A stretch of DNA of 63,858 nt, filler included, from Sandaracinaceae bacterium (lineage in GTDB: Bacteria; Myxococcota_A; Polyangia; Polyangiales; JADJQN01): NCBI GenBank assembly GCA_947483975.1. It is 2 parts of 2 records of this genome, joined end to end, with 100 filler letters (N's around TTAATTAATTAA, not from the genome) between each part and the next. Parts side by side here need not be neighbours in the genome. Positions count along the whole stretch, not along the records: positions 1 to 31,892 come from CANKOL010000017.1; 1 more part is not named here. One strand, 5' to 3'. Under the pieces are notes generated by a model. The model was not told where the DNA came from. It saw only the letters and a program-made list of their open reading frames with translations, and did not search any database. Made by a program: the position numbers and the translations under genes. Below are positions 1 to 8,810 of the stretch, piece after piece; the first letter of the stretch is position 1, and each line of letters opens with the position of its first letter.

Positions 1-139
1 CAGGATCTCTCCCGGACACCTGGGGCCTGCTACTCGGCGCTCCGACGCTTACCGAGGCGGGATTTGCACCCGCTGGAAAGACGCAGCGTGATCGCGCTCC
101 TCCGCCCGGAGGCTTCGGGTTGCTTTCGTCACGACGCAC
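1..139 (-). mobile_element. Probable 5' end (start of domain I) of a group II intron, continuing beyond the left window edge
   Basis: Minus strand from 139 reads GTGCGTCGTGA..., matching the GUGYG 5' splice consensus. It is followed by a GNRA-capped stem (GCGGGTGCAAATCCCGC) and CTCGGTAAGCGTCGGAGCGCCGAGTAGCAG, resembling the early domain I (theta/epsilon') region of bacterial group II introns. No RT ORF or domain V lies inside the window. Confidence 0.6.
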
Positions 140-1100
140 CATGGGCGCCGAGCATAGCGGACGAGCGCGCCCAGAGGTCGAAGACGTCGCGGCTCGCCAT
201 CAGCCGAAAGCCCCGCTCGCGGCGCAGCCGCTCCGACGAGAGCACCGGGCGATACGCGAGGAACGCCGTCTGCTCGGGCCCGTACTGCGTGAGCCCGAAG
301 CGCTTGAGCGCGCCGATCGCCGTGCGCAGCGTCGGCTCGGGGATGCCGACGAACGGCTTGTGGAGCCGCGCCGCGATCTCGCGCAGCGTGAGGACGCCCT
401 CGCCCGCGAGGTTGTAGATCCCCGTCCAGCCGCCGCGCACGCCGTCGGCGATCGCGCGCACGACGTCCTCGTCGAGCACGAAGACGAACGGCGTCGCCGC
501 CTCGCGGAGCCCGACGATCACGCGCTTGGTGAAGATCGCGGTGATCTGATTGACCGCGCCCTCCCCGAGGATCGTGCCCGGTCGGAAGATCAGCTGCGCG
601 AGCTCCGGGTGCTCGACGCGCGCCTTCGCGAGCAGCTCCTCGACGAGCTTCTTGTGGTGCGAGTACGCGAACGCCTCGTTGCCGCGGATCGGCGCGTCCT
701 CGGTCAGCATCGCCGCGCTGTCCGCGTAGTAGCCGTACGCGGCGCCGCTGCTCGTCACGACGAGGCGCGCGACGTGCTCACGAAGACACGCGTCGAGCAC
801 GTTCTGCGTGCCGCGCACGTCGACGTCGTACTCGACCTCGCGCGAGCTGTGCTTGCCGGGCGTCACGATGGTCGCGAGGTGCACCACCGTGTCGATGTGG
901 TGCTCCGCGAGCAGCCCGCCGAGCTCGCCCTTGCGCACGTCGAAGTGCGCGTAGACGACGCCCGCCTCGCGCTCGGCCGCGGGCACGTCGCGCACGTCGG
1001 TGGCGACGATGGTCGAGAACGCGCCGCGGTCCTGCGCGAGCGCGCGCACGAGCTTGCGGCCGACGTAGCCGGCCGCGCCCGTCACGAGGACGGCGCTCAT
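129..1100 (-). CDS. NAD-dependent epimerase/dehydratase (extended SDR)
   Basis: Starts MSAVLVTGAAGYVG (Rossmann motif); TSSGAAYG and YSHHK (YxxxK). ATGA overlap with the stop of the upstream gene. Confidence 0.9.
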   Translation of the reverse strand: MSAVLVTGAAGYVGRKLVRALAQDRGAFSTIVATDVRDVPAAEREAGVVYAHFDVRKGELGGLLAEHHIDTVVHLATIVTPGKHSSREVEYDVDVRGTQNVLDACLREHVARLVVTSSGAAYGYYADSAAMLTEDAPIRGNEAFAYSHHKKLVEELLAKARVEHPELAQLIFRPGTILGEGAVNQITAIFTKRVIVGLREAATPFVFVLDEDVVRAIADGVRGGWTGIYNLAGEGVLTLREIAARLHKPFVGIPEPTLRTAIGALKRFGLTQYGPEQTAFLAYRPVLSSERLRRERGFRLMASRDVFDLWARSSAMLGAHGAS

Positions 1101-2881
1101 CCCGTCGGCTCCTGATGCATCGCCTTGAAGGTCGCGAGCTCGGGCGCCCACATATGCTTCACGGGGTCGACGTCGATGTGGATCACCGCCGGCTTGCCCG
1201 ACGCGAGCGCGCGCTCGATCGCGCCGCGCAGCCCGCGCGGGTCGGCGACGCGCTCGCCGTAGGCGCCCATCGAGCGCGCGAGCAGATCGAACTCGATCTC
1301 GCCGAGGTCCGCGTTGATCGTCTCGTCGGGGCCGAGCGACTTCATCACGAGCGTCTTGACGGGCTTGAGCGCGAAGCTCTGGTTGATCTTCACCATGCCC
1401 CACTGCTTGTCGCAGAGGACGAGGTAGACGACGGGCAGGCGGTTGCGCACCGCCGTCTCGATCTCCTGCGGATGGAAGCCCATCGCGCCGTCGCCGATCA
1501 CGCAATAGACCTGCCGATCGGGGAACGCGACCTGCGCGCCGAGGGCCTGCGCGATGCCCGCGCCGAGCATGCCCATCTTGGGCGTGCCGAGCACCGTGTT
1601 GACGCCGCGGACCTCGTGGAAGAACTGCGCCCAGATCGTCGTGTTGCCGCCGTCCGCGACCATGATCGCGTCGGCCGCGAAGGTCTTCTGGCAGATGTGC
1701 GCGACGTGCGCGGGGTGCATCGGCACCGCGTCGTCGCTGAGCTTGCCGTCGAGCTCCGCGCGCCGCGCGACGCAGCCCGCCCGCAGCTCCTCGAGGTGCG
1801 CGCGCCGCGCCGCGAGGTCACGCGCGCCGCGACGCCGCCCGAGCTCCGCGAGCACCGCCTGGAGGAACACCTTCGCGTCCGCGCGCACCGCGTAGCGCAC
1901 GCCGCGGATGTTGCCGAGCGTCTGCGCGTCGATGTCCACCTGCGCGACCTCTTGCGCGTCGGGGCTGCCCCAGTACGGCGCCTTGCCCCACCAGTCGGTC
2001 TCGCCGAGGCGCGAGCCGAGCACGAGCACGCGGTCCGCCGTGTTGCGCGCCTTGTTCACCTGCGCGACGAAGATCATCGAGACCGCGTGCGGGTCGCGCT
2101 CGTCGATCGCGCCGCGCCCCGCCCAGCTCGTCGTCACCGGCGCCTCGAGCAGCGCGGCGAGCTCGGCGAGCTCCTTCGTCGCGTCCGCCGAGATGACGCC
2201 CGAGCCGGCGTGCAGCAGGGGCAGCTTCGCCTCCTCGAGCCAGCGCGCGACGTCCCGCACCTGCTCAGCGGGCGCCTCCATGCGCGCGACCGTGCGGTAC
2301 GAGGACGGCGGTCGGAGCGCGCCCTCCTCGAGCTCGGTCAGCCCGTTGAGCACGCTCTCCGGCACGTCGAGGTGCACGACGCCCGGGCGCCCCTCGAAGC
2401 TCTCGCGGAGCGCGCGCCGCACGAACTCGGCGAGGCGGTCCATCGACGGCACGACGCCGCTCCACTTGGTCATCGGGCGCGTGACGTCGACCTGCGGGAA
2501 CGACTGATACGCGCCGCCGCGATCCGGGTACACGATGCCCTCGCGCCGACAGCTCGTGATGAGCAGCACGCGGTGCCCCTCGGCTTGCTCGACGGCGACG
2601 CCGGGCAGGATGTTCGCGACGCCGGGTCCGTTGCTCGCGATGCACACGCCGAGCTTGCCGGTGAGCTGCGCGTACGCGCCCGCCATGTGCGCGGCGCTCG
2701 TCTCGTGGCGCGGCGTCACGAGCTCGATGCCGTTCGGGCGCAAGGACGCGCAGAGCCCGAGGTACGTGCCGTCCATGATGCCGAAGACGCGCGTGACGCC
2801 CTCCGCGGCGAGCAACCTCGCGACGACGTCCCCGCCCTTCACCTTCGCTGCGCTCTGCCCGAGCAATGCCCCGAGACCCAT
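1097..2881 (-). CDS. Thiamine pyrophosphate-dependent enzyme (acetolactate synthase / 2-hydroxyacyl-CoA lyase-like)
   Basis: RHETSAAHMA, GPGVAN, and the TPP-binding GDGAMG motif; 594 aa. Confidence 0.9.
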   Translation of the reverse strand: MGLGALLGQSAAKVKGGDVVARLLAAEGVTRVFGIMDGTYLGLCASLRPNGIELVTPRHETSAAHMAGAYAQLTGKLGVCIASNGPGVANILPGVAVEQAEGHRVLLITSCRREGIVYPDRGGAYQSFPQVDVTRPMTKWSGVVPSMDRLAEFVRRALRESFEGRPGVVHLDVPESVLNGLTELEEGALRPPSSYRTVARMEAPAEQVRDVARWLEEAKLPLLHAGSGVISADATKELAELAALLEAPVTTSWAGRGAIDERDPHAVSMIFVAQVNKARNTADRVLVLGSRLGETDWWGKAPYWGSPDAQEVAQVDIDAQTLGNIRGVRYAVRADAKVFLQAVLAELGRRRGARDLAARRAHLEELRAGCVARRAELDGKLSDDAVPMHPAHVAHICQKTFAADAIMVADGGNTTIWAQFFHEVRGVNTVLGTPKMGMLGAGIAQALGAQVAFPDRQVYCVIGDGAMGFHPQEIETAVRNRLPVVYLVLCDKQWGMVKINQSFALKPVKTLVMKSLGPDETINADLGEIEFDLLARSMGAYGERVADPRGLRGAIERALASGKPAVIHIDVDPVKHMWAPELATFKAMHQEPTG

Positions 2882-2939
2882 GGTGCCCTCCGTTTCCGCG
2901 CGCCGAGCCTGGCCCGCGACGAACGGACCTTGGGCGAGT

Positions 2940-2978
2940 TTGTCCGAACGGTCAAGAACAACTTGACCGATCGGTTCA
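2940..2978. promoter_or_regulatory. Two imperfect palindromic operators, probably for the adjacent TetR regulator
   Basis: TTGTCCGAACGGTCAA (2940-2955) and TTGACCGATCGGTTCA (2963-2978), both close to the palindrome TTGACCGATCGGTCAA, lie in the divergent intergenic region. Confidence 0.7.
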
Positions 2979-2997
2979 TTTATTCCAGAACGCCCCC

Positions 2998-3750
2998 ATG
3001 CCCCGCCGCGCCGCGCCCGAGCCGAAGCCCCCCGAGCCCTCGACCAAAGAGCAGCTGCTCACCGCGGCGGAGGACCTCTTCTGCAAGGTCGGCTACGAGG
3101 GCGTCAGCGCGGGCGACGTCGCGCGCCTCGCCGGCGTGCGCAAGTCGCTGGTCTTCTACTACTTCGGCAACATGGCGGGGCTCTTCGAGGCGGTGCTCGA
3201 GCGCTACTACGCCGCGCACACGCAGGCGCTCACGGGCGTGCTCTCTGCCGACGACGACGTCCGCACGCGCATGCACGGGCTCGTCGACGCGTACCTCGAC
3301 TTCATGGCGAGCCACGCGCGCTACGCGAGCCTCGTGCAGGCGCAGCTCGCGAACCCGAACCTGCACCCGATGGTCGAGAAGAACTTCGGGCTCCTCTATC
3401 ACCTCGTCGAGGGCGCCCTCCTCGAGGTCGCGCCGCGCACCGGACGGGCGGCGTCGAGGCAGCTCTTCGTCACGGTGTCGGGCGCCGTGATCAACTGGTG
3501 CACCTACGCGCCGCTGCTCTCACGGCTGATGGGCGACGACCTCCTGACGGGTCCGCTGCTCGAGGAGCGCCGCGCGCACATCCACTGGCTCGTCGGGCTC
3601 GTGCTCGATGCTCTCGAGCGCGAGGAGGAGACGGCCGCGAAGGCGAGGCCGGGCGCCAAGCTGAACGCGAAGCCGAACGCCAAGCCGAACGCCAAGCCGA
3701 ACGCCAAGCCGCCGGCCAAGCCTCGTCAGCGCGCCGCCGCGCGTCGCTGA
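2998..3750 (+). CDS. TetR/AcrR family transcriptional regulator
   Basis: N-terminal HTH (LLTAAEDLFCKVGYEGVSAGDVARLAGVRKSLVFYYF); divergent from the TPP enzyme; C-terminal (NAKP)4 tail. Confidence 0.9.
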   Translation: MPRRAAPEPKPPEPSTKEQLLTAAEDLFCKVGYEGVSAGDVARLAGVRKSLVFYYFGNMAGLFEAVLERYYAAHTQALTGVLSADDDVRTRMHGLVDAYLDFMASHARYASLVQAQLANPNLHPMVEKNFGLLYHLVEGALLEVAPRTGRAASRQLFVTVSGAVINWCTYAPLLSRLMGDDLLTGPLLEERRAHIHWLVGLVLDALEREEETAAKARPGAKLNAKPNAKPNAKPNAKPPAKPRQRAAARR

Positions 3751-3769
3751 GCGGCACGCGGAGGCGCGC

Positions 3770-4396
3770 TCAGGCGTCCTCGGGCGCGGGCGGCGCGAGG
3801 GCGTCCGGCTCCTCCGGGTAGAACTTGTCGAAGCACTCCGGGCAGATGCCGTGGCTGAAGACCGCCTCGCTGTGCTTGGTGACGTACTCCTCGACGCGCG
3901 TCCAGAACTGGTGGTCGTCGCGGATTCGCTTGCAGTGCGCGCAGATCGGGAGAATCCCGTGGAGCGTCTTGACGTGCGCGAGCGCCTCACGAAGCTCCGC
4001 CGCTTGGTCGACGAGGCGCGTCTCGAGCGCGACGACGCGCTCCGCCGCCCCGATGCGCGCGCGTAGCTCGACGGGCGCGAAGGGCTTGGCGAGGTAGTCG
4101 TTGGCGCCCGCGTCGAGCGCCTCGGCGATGCGCTCCTTCTCGGTGAGCGCCGTCAGCATGAGCACGTAGCGCGGCGGCTCGGAGTCCACCGCGCGCAGGC
4201 GCCGGCACACCTCGAGCCCGTCGAGCCCGGGCATCATCCAGTCGAGGATCACGAGCATCGGCGCGTCGGGCTGCTGCAGCGCCGCCCACGCCTCGAGCCC
4301 GTCCGTCGTCACGACGACCTCGTGCCCGTACTTCCGCAAGACCGCCGTGAGCACGGCGCGCGAGGTGAGGTCGTCCTCTGCGATGAGAATCCGCAT
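3770..4396 (-). CDS. Response regulator with a C-terminal Cys/His-rich output domain
   Basis: REC domain (ILIAEDD, LDWMMP, KPF), then LPICAHCKRIRDD...FSHGICPEC. Confidence 0.9.
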   Translation of the reverse strand: MRILIAEDDLTSRAVLTAVLRKYGHEVVVTTDGLEAWAALQQPDAPMLVILDWMMPGLDGLEVCRRLRAVDSEPPRYVLMLTALTEKERIAEALDAGANDYLAKPFAPVELRARIGAAERVVALETRLVDQAAELREALAHVKTLHGILPICAHCKRIRDDHQFWTRVEEYVTKHSEAVFSHGICPECFDKFYPEEPDALAPPAPEDA

Positions 4397-4400
4397 GGTC

Positions 4401-7196
4401 CTAGTCCCTCCCGGCGCTGAAGAGCGCCGACGACTCCAGCGCCGTGGTCAGGCGCGCGACCTGCTCGTCCAGGCGCTCGAAGAGCAGCCTCCCGCGCTCG
4501 AGATCGCCGGCGCGCGTCGCGACCTCGAGGTCCGCGGCGACGAGCATGAGCGCCTCCCCGCCGATCGTCGCGGCGGCGCCCTTGAGCGTGTGCGAGTCGC
4601 GCGCGACGGCCGACGTGGCGCCCGCGGCGAGCCCGCCTCGCACGGACTCGAGCCGACCGGGGAGCTCCTCGAGGAAGCCGCGCACGACGATGCCCGCGGT
4701 CTCGCGATCGCCCATCAGCCGCTCGAGCAGCGCCTCCTCGTGAAACACCGCCTCGCTCTCCGTCTGGGGCGCCGGCGGGATGCTCGGGCGCGACGCCGGA
4801 GCGAGCCACTTCTCGAGCATGCGCGAGAGGGCGCGGGGCGTCACCGGCTTGGCGAGGTAGTCGCTCATGCCTGCGGCGAGACACTCGTCGCGGTCGCTCT
4901 TGAGCGCGTGCGCCGTCATCGCGATCACCGGCACCGCGCGATTGGCGGCGCCCGCGTGGCCGCCGCGGAGCGCGCGCGTCGCCTCGAGTCCGTCGAGCTC
5001 CGGCATCTGCACGTCCATCAGCACGAGGTCGTAGGCAGTCTTCCGGAGCGCCTCGAGCGCTTCGCGACCGCTCGCGACGGCGTCCGCGTCGACGCCGAGC
5101 TTCCGGAGGATCCCAAGCGCCACTTGGCGGTTCGTCAGGTTGTCGTCCGCGAGCAGGAGCCGCGCGCCCGCTGCGTGAACGAGCGGCTGAAGCGGCACAT
5201 GCGACGACATCGTCGGGCGGCTCGACTCGCCCGGCGCTCTGAACACCGCCACCAACGCGTCGAAGAGCTCGAGCGGGCGGACGGGCTTGCACACGCACGC
5301 CGCGAAGCCCGCGCTCGCCAGGCGAGTCTCGTCACCACAGTGCCCGAGCGGCGTCATCATCACGAGCTTGGTGCCCGCGAAGCGCGGCTCGCTCGCGATC
5401 GCGCGCCCGAGCGCCTCGCCGTCCATGGCGGGCATCCGCAGGTCGATCAGCAGCGCGCCGAACGGAGCGCCCCCATCGAGCGCCTCGTAGAGCAAGCGCA
5501 GCGCGCTCGGTCCGCTGACCGCCTCCGCCGGTCGGAGCTCGAGCGCGGTCAGCTGAGCCGACAGAAAACCGCGGCTGGTCGCGCTGTCGTCGACGACGAG
5601 GACCCGCGCGCCGCGCGCCGCGCTCGGCAGGCGCAAGGGCTCGGCGTGCGTCAGGGTCGCCTTCTCGAGGCGCGCGGTGAACCAGAACTCCGAGCCTCGA
5701 CCAGGCTCGCTGCGCACACCGATCTCGCCGCCCATCAGCCCCGCGAGCTGCTTCGAGATGGCGAGCCCGAGACCCGAGCCGCCGTAGCGGCGCGTGATCG
5801 ACGCGTCGAGCTGGCTGAATTTGTTGAACAGCAAGCTCAGCTTGTCGGCCGCGATCCCGAGGCCCGTGTCGCGCACGGAGAAGTGCAGCAGGACGTCGAG
5901 CGCGGTGTCTGCGGCGACGCTGACCTCGACGACGACCTCTCCGTCGCTCGTGAACTTCACGGCGTTGCCCGCGAGGTTCACGAGGATCTGCCGCAGGCGC
6001 GAGGCGTCCCCGCGGAGCTGCACCGGGACCTCTGCCGCGACCGCGCAGAGGAACTCGAGGTCCTTCGCCTCCGCGCTCAGCGCCGTCGCCCGCGCGAAGT
6101 CGTCGAGCAGCGCCCGCAGGTCGAAGTCGAGGCTCTCGAGCTCGAGCTTGCCCGCCTCGATCTTCGAGACGTCGAGGAGATCGTTCGTCAGCGCGAGGAG
6201 CGACTCTCCGCTCGCGCGCACCGTCTCGGCGTAGCGCCGCTGCTCGGCGTCGAGGTTCGTCTCGAGCAGGAGCTCCGTCATCCCGATCACGCCGTTCATC
6301 GGCGTGCGGATCTCGTGGCTCATGTTCGCGAGGAATTCGCTCTTCGCCGCGCTCGCGGAGTCGGCGCGCGCGGCGAGCTCCTGCGCGTGCGTCGACGCCT
6401 CCTCGAGCTGCCGGTTCGCCTCGCGGAGCGCCGCCTCCGCGCGCTTACGCGCCGAGATGTCGATCATCACGGTCAGGAAGTGCTGCCGCCCTTGGCTCGT
6501 GATCAGCTCGCCGGAGAAGAGCCCGTGCAGGAGCGCGCCGTCCTTGCGCCGCACCGTCAGCTCGCAGTCCGTGATGCGCCCCGTCGCCGCGAGCTGATCG
6601 CCGACGCGGCTCTGCTCGTCGGCGTTCGGGAACATGTCCAGCTCCGGCACCGTCTTGCCGACGACCTCGGCGCGCGTGTAGCCGAGCGCCTTCAAGAACG
6701 AGTCGTTGACGTCCACGAAGCGCCGCTCCGGCAGGTCCGAGAGCGCCATCAGCGCCGGATTGTGCCGGAAGAGCCGCTCGAAACGCTGCTCCGCCTCCTG
6801 CGCGGCGCTGAGGCATTTGGAGATGCCGAAGAGGCAGCGCTCGCCGTCCCAAGTCCCGAACCACACGCGCGTCTCGACGGGATAGAGCCCACCCGCTTTC
6901 GTCGCGAGCGGCAGCGGGCAGACGTCCCGCTCTCCGCGAAACATCGCGCCGAAGATCTCCTCGGCCTCCGCGCGCCGGTCCGCCGGGTGCACGTCGAGCA
7001 CGTGCATCGCGCTCAGCTCTGCTTGGGAGTAGCCGAGCGCCTGCGTCACGGCCGCGTTCGTGAAGAAGAGCCGCCCTTCCGGGGTCGCGACGAAGATCAG
7101 ATCGGTGATCGACTGGAAGAACGTGCGAAAATTCGCCTCGCTCTCGCGCAGCGCGGCCTCGGCCTGCGCTGCCATATTCACCAGAGAGTCCGTCAT
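4401..7196 (-). CDS. Hybrid histidine kinase (PAS-PAS-HisKA-HATPase-REC-REC-Hpt)
   Basis: H-box [33 protein letters not shown]; two receiver domains; Hpt HTLKG. Confidence 0.95.
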   Translation of the reverse strand: MTDSLVNMAAQAEAALRESEANFRTFFQSITDLIFVATPEGRLFFTNAAVTQALGYSQAELSAMHVLDVHPADRRAEAEEIFGAMFRGERDVCPLPLATKAGGLYPVETRVWFGTWDGERCLFGISKCLSAAQEAEQRFERLFRHNPALMALSDLPERRFVDVNDSFLKALGYTRAEVVGKTVPELDMFPNADEQSRVGDQLAATGRITDCELTVRRKDGALLHGLFSGELITSQGRQHFLTVMIDISARKRAEAALREANRQLEEASTHAQELAARADSASAAKSEFLANMSHEIRTPMNGVIGMTELLLETNLDAEQRRYAETVRASGESLLALTNDLLDVSKIEAGKLELESLDFDLRALLDDFARATALSAEAKDLEFLCAVAAEVPVQLRGDASRLRQILVNLAGNAVKFTSDGEVVVEVSVAADTALDVLLHFSVRDTGLGIAADKLSLLFNKFSQLDASITRRYGGSGLGLAISKQLAGLMGGEIGVRSEPGRGSEFWFTARLEKATLTHAEPLRLPSAARGARVLVVDDSATSRGFLSAQLTALELRPAEAVSGPSALRLLYEALDGGAPFGALLIDLRMPAMDGEALGRAIASEPRFAGTKLVMMTPLGHCGDETRLASAGFAACVCKPVRPLELFDALVAVFRAPGESSRPTMSSHVPLQPLVHAAGARLLLADDNLTNRQVALGILRKLGVDADAVASGREALEALRKTAYDLVLMDVQMPELDGLEATRALRGGHAGAANRAVPVIAMTAHALKSDRDECLAAGMSDYLAKPVTPRALSRMLEKWLAPASRPSIPPAPQTESEAVFHEEALLERLMGDRETAGIVVRGFLEELPGRLESVRGGLAAGATSAVARDSHTLKGAAATIGGEALMLVAADLEVATRAGDLERGRLLFERLDEQVARLTTALESSALFSAGRD

Positions 7197-7221
7197 GGCG
7201 AGAATATTCCTCGCCGCCAGC

Positions 7222-7995
7222 TTAGCGCTGTCGCGTCACGACGGTACTGTGTTGCTCACCGCGCTCGCCGGCGCACAGCAGCAGCGTCAGGTTCGTCGCG
7301 AGGCGCGCGCGCACGTCGGGCGAGAGCGTCATCCCCGCTTGGTCGAGGCGCTGCAGCGCCTCGCGCACGGTCTCGACGGCGCCCTCGACGAGCGTCCGCC
7401 GCGCGTCGACCATCGCCTGCGCCTGCTGCCGCAGGAGCATCGACTGCGCGATCTCCGGCGCGTAGGTCAGGTCGTTGAGGCGCACGAGCGCGACCTCGAG
7501 CCCGGCGTTGTGCACGAGGCGCCCAAGCTCGTAGGTCAGCGCCTGCAGGATCTCGTCGCTCTCGTGCTTGAGGCTCGGCTCGTTCGGCGTGCGCGCCTCG
7601 TAGGGATAGCGCGCGCACACGGTCTTGAGCACGGTCGACGCCTGCGAGGCGATGAACTGGTGATACTGCTGCACGTCGAGCACGGCGCGCGCGGCGTCCA
7701 CGATGCGATAGACGACGACGCACGAGACCTGAATCGGATTGCCGCTCCGCTCGACCACCGTCGTCACCGGCAGCGTGAACGCGACATCGCGCGTCGAGAC
7801 GGGGATGCGGCGCAGCCCGATCGGGAACGCGAAGCGAATCCCGGGCTCCGAGACGGTGCGCGTGTAGCGCCCCCAATGCAGCAGGATGTGCTGCTGGCGC
7901 GGCTCGACGATGAAGAAGAACTTCACGATCCACACGAGCATGAAGAGCCCAGGCACCGCGCTCGCGAGCACCACACAAGCGAGGGCGTCCATCAC
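7222..7995 (-). CDS. SPFH/band 7 family protein
   Basis: N-terminal TM segment; GNPIQVSCVV; RLNDLTYAPEIAQSMLLRQQA; paralog of the upstream gene. Confidence 0.85.
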   Translation of the reverse strand: MMDALACVVLASAVPGLFMLVWIVKFFFIVEPRQQHILLHWGRYTRTVSEPGIRFAFPIGLRRIPVSTRDVAFTLPVTTVVERSGNPIQVSCVVVYRIVDAARAVLDVQQYHQFIASQASTVLKTVCARYPYEARTPNEPSLKHESDEILQALTYELGRLVHNAGLEVALVRLNDLTYAPEIAQSMLLRQQAQAMVDARRTLVEGAVETVREALQRLDQAGMTLSPDVRARLATNLTLLLCAGERGEQHSTVVTRQR

Positions 7996-8789
7996 TCACC
8001 TCCTGCGCGCGCGCCGGGCTCGACCTGCACCTGAATCGGCATGAACGTCTGCACGCGCTCGCCGCTGCAGAGCACGAGCATCAGGCTCGCCGCGAACGAC
8101 TCGCGCAGCCCGAGCGAGGTGCCGAGCCCCGCGGCGATCATCCGCTTGTCGGCGTTCGTCACCGTCCACACCGCGCCGTCCACGATCGTGCGGCGCGCGT
8201 CCACCATCGCGAGCGCCTGCTGCCGGAGCAGCATCGACTGCGCGATCTCGGGCGAGTACTGCAGGTCGTTGAGGCGCACCTGCAGCACCTCGACGCCCGC
8301 GGGCGTGACGAGGTCCTGAAGCTCCTGCACGAGCGCCTTCGAGATCACGTCGCTCTCCTTGCGGAGGCAGGGCTCGTTCGCCTCCGTGGAGGCATACGGG
8401 AACTGCGCGCAGACGTTCTTGACCACCGCCGTCGCGAGCAGCTGCACGTAGGTCCCGACGTCAGCGATGTCGAGCACCGCGCGGCTCGCCTCCGCGACGC
8501 GGTACGCGCACACCGCGCTGACCTCGATGGGATTGCCGTGCGCCTCGAGCACGGTCATGCGCGGGAGTTCGATCGACACGACCTGCGCCGAGAGGCGGTA
8601 GAGCGTGCGACCGAACGGGAACGAGTACGCGATGCCGTCCTGCTGGATCGTCTTCGCGTACTTGCCGAAGCGCAGGACGACGACCTGCGTGCGCGGCTGC
8701 ACGATGAAGAAGCCGAGCAGGCCGTAGAGCACCAGGACGCCAATGGCACCCAGCGCGAGCATGAAGACCGAGCCGATGAGCGCTTCCAT
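7992..8789 (-). CDS. SPFH/band 7 family protein
   Basis: TM segment; VVLRFGKY; RLNDLQYSPEIAQSMLLRQQA. Confidence 0.85.
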   Translation of the reverse strand: MEALIGSVFMLALGAIGVLVLYGLLGFFIVQPRTQVVVLRFGKYAKTIQQDGIAYSFPFGRTLYRLSAQVVSIELPRMTVLEAHGNPIEVSAVCAYRVAEASRAVLDIADVGTYVQLLATAVVKNVCAQFPYASTEANEPCLRKESDVISKALVQELQDLVTPAGVEVLQVRLNDLQYSPEIAQSMLLRQQALAMVDARRTIVDGAVWTVTNADKRMIAAGLGTSLGLRESFAASLMLVLCSGERVQTFMPIQVQVEPGARAGGE

Positions 8790-8810
8790 GGGCGCGGACT
8801 CTACCGCGAC

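Noticed and set aside
3664..3711. 12-bp tandem repeat (NAKP)4 in the TetR tail
   Set aside because: Ordinary in-frame slippage repeat in a disordered tail.
4347..7478. Very long antisense ORFs (also 1115-3490, 8538-11138, 11018-13654, 17539-19869, 40713-43037, 45843-48293, 53814-55694)
   Set aside because: Expected stop-poor shadow frames of real genes in very high-GC DNA; Arg/Ala-rich with no motifs.
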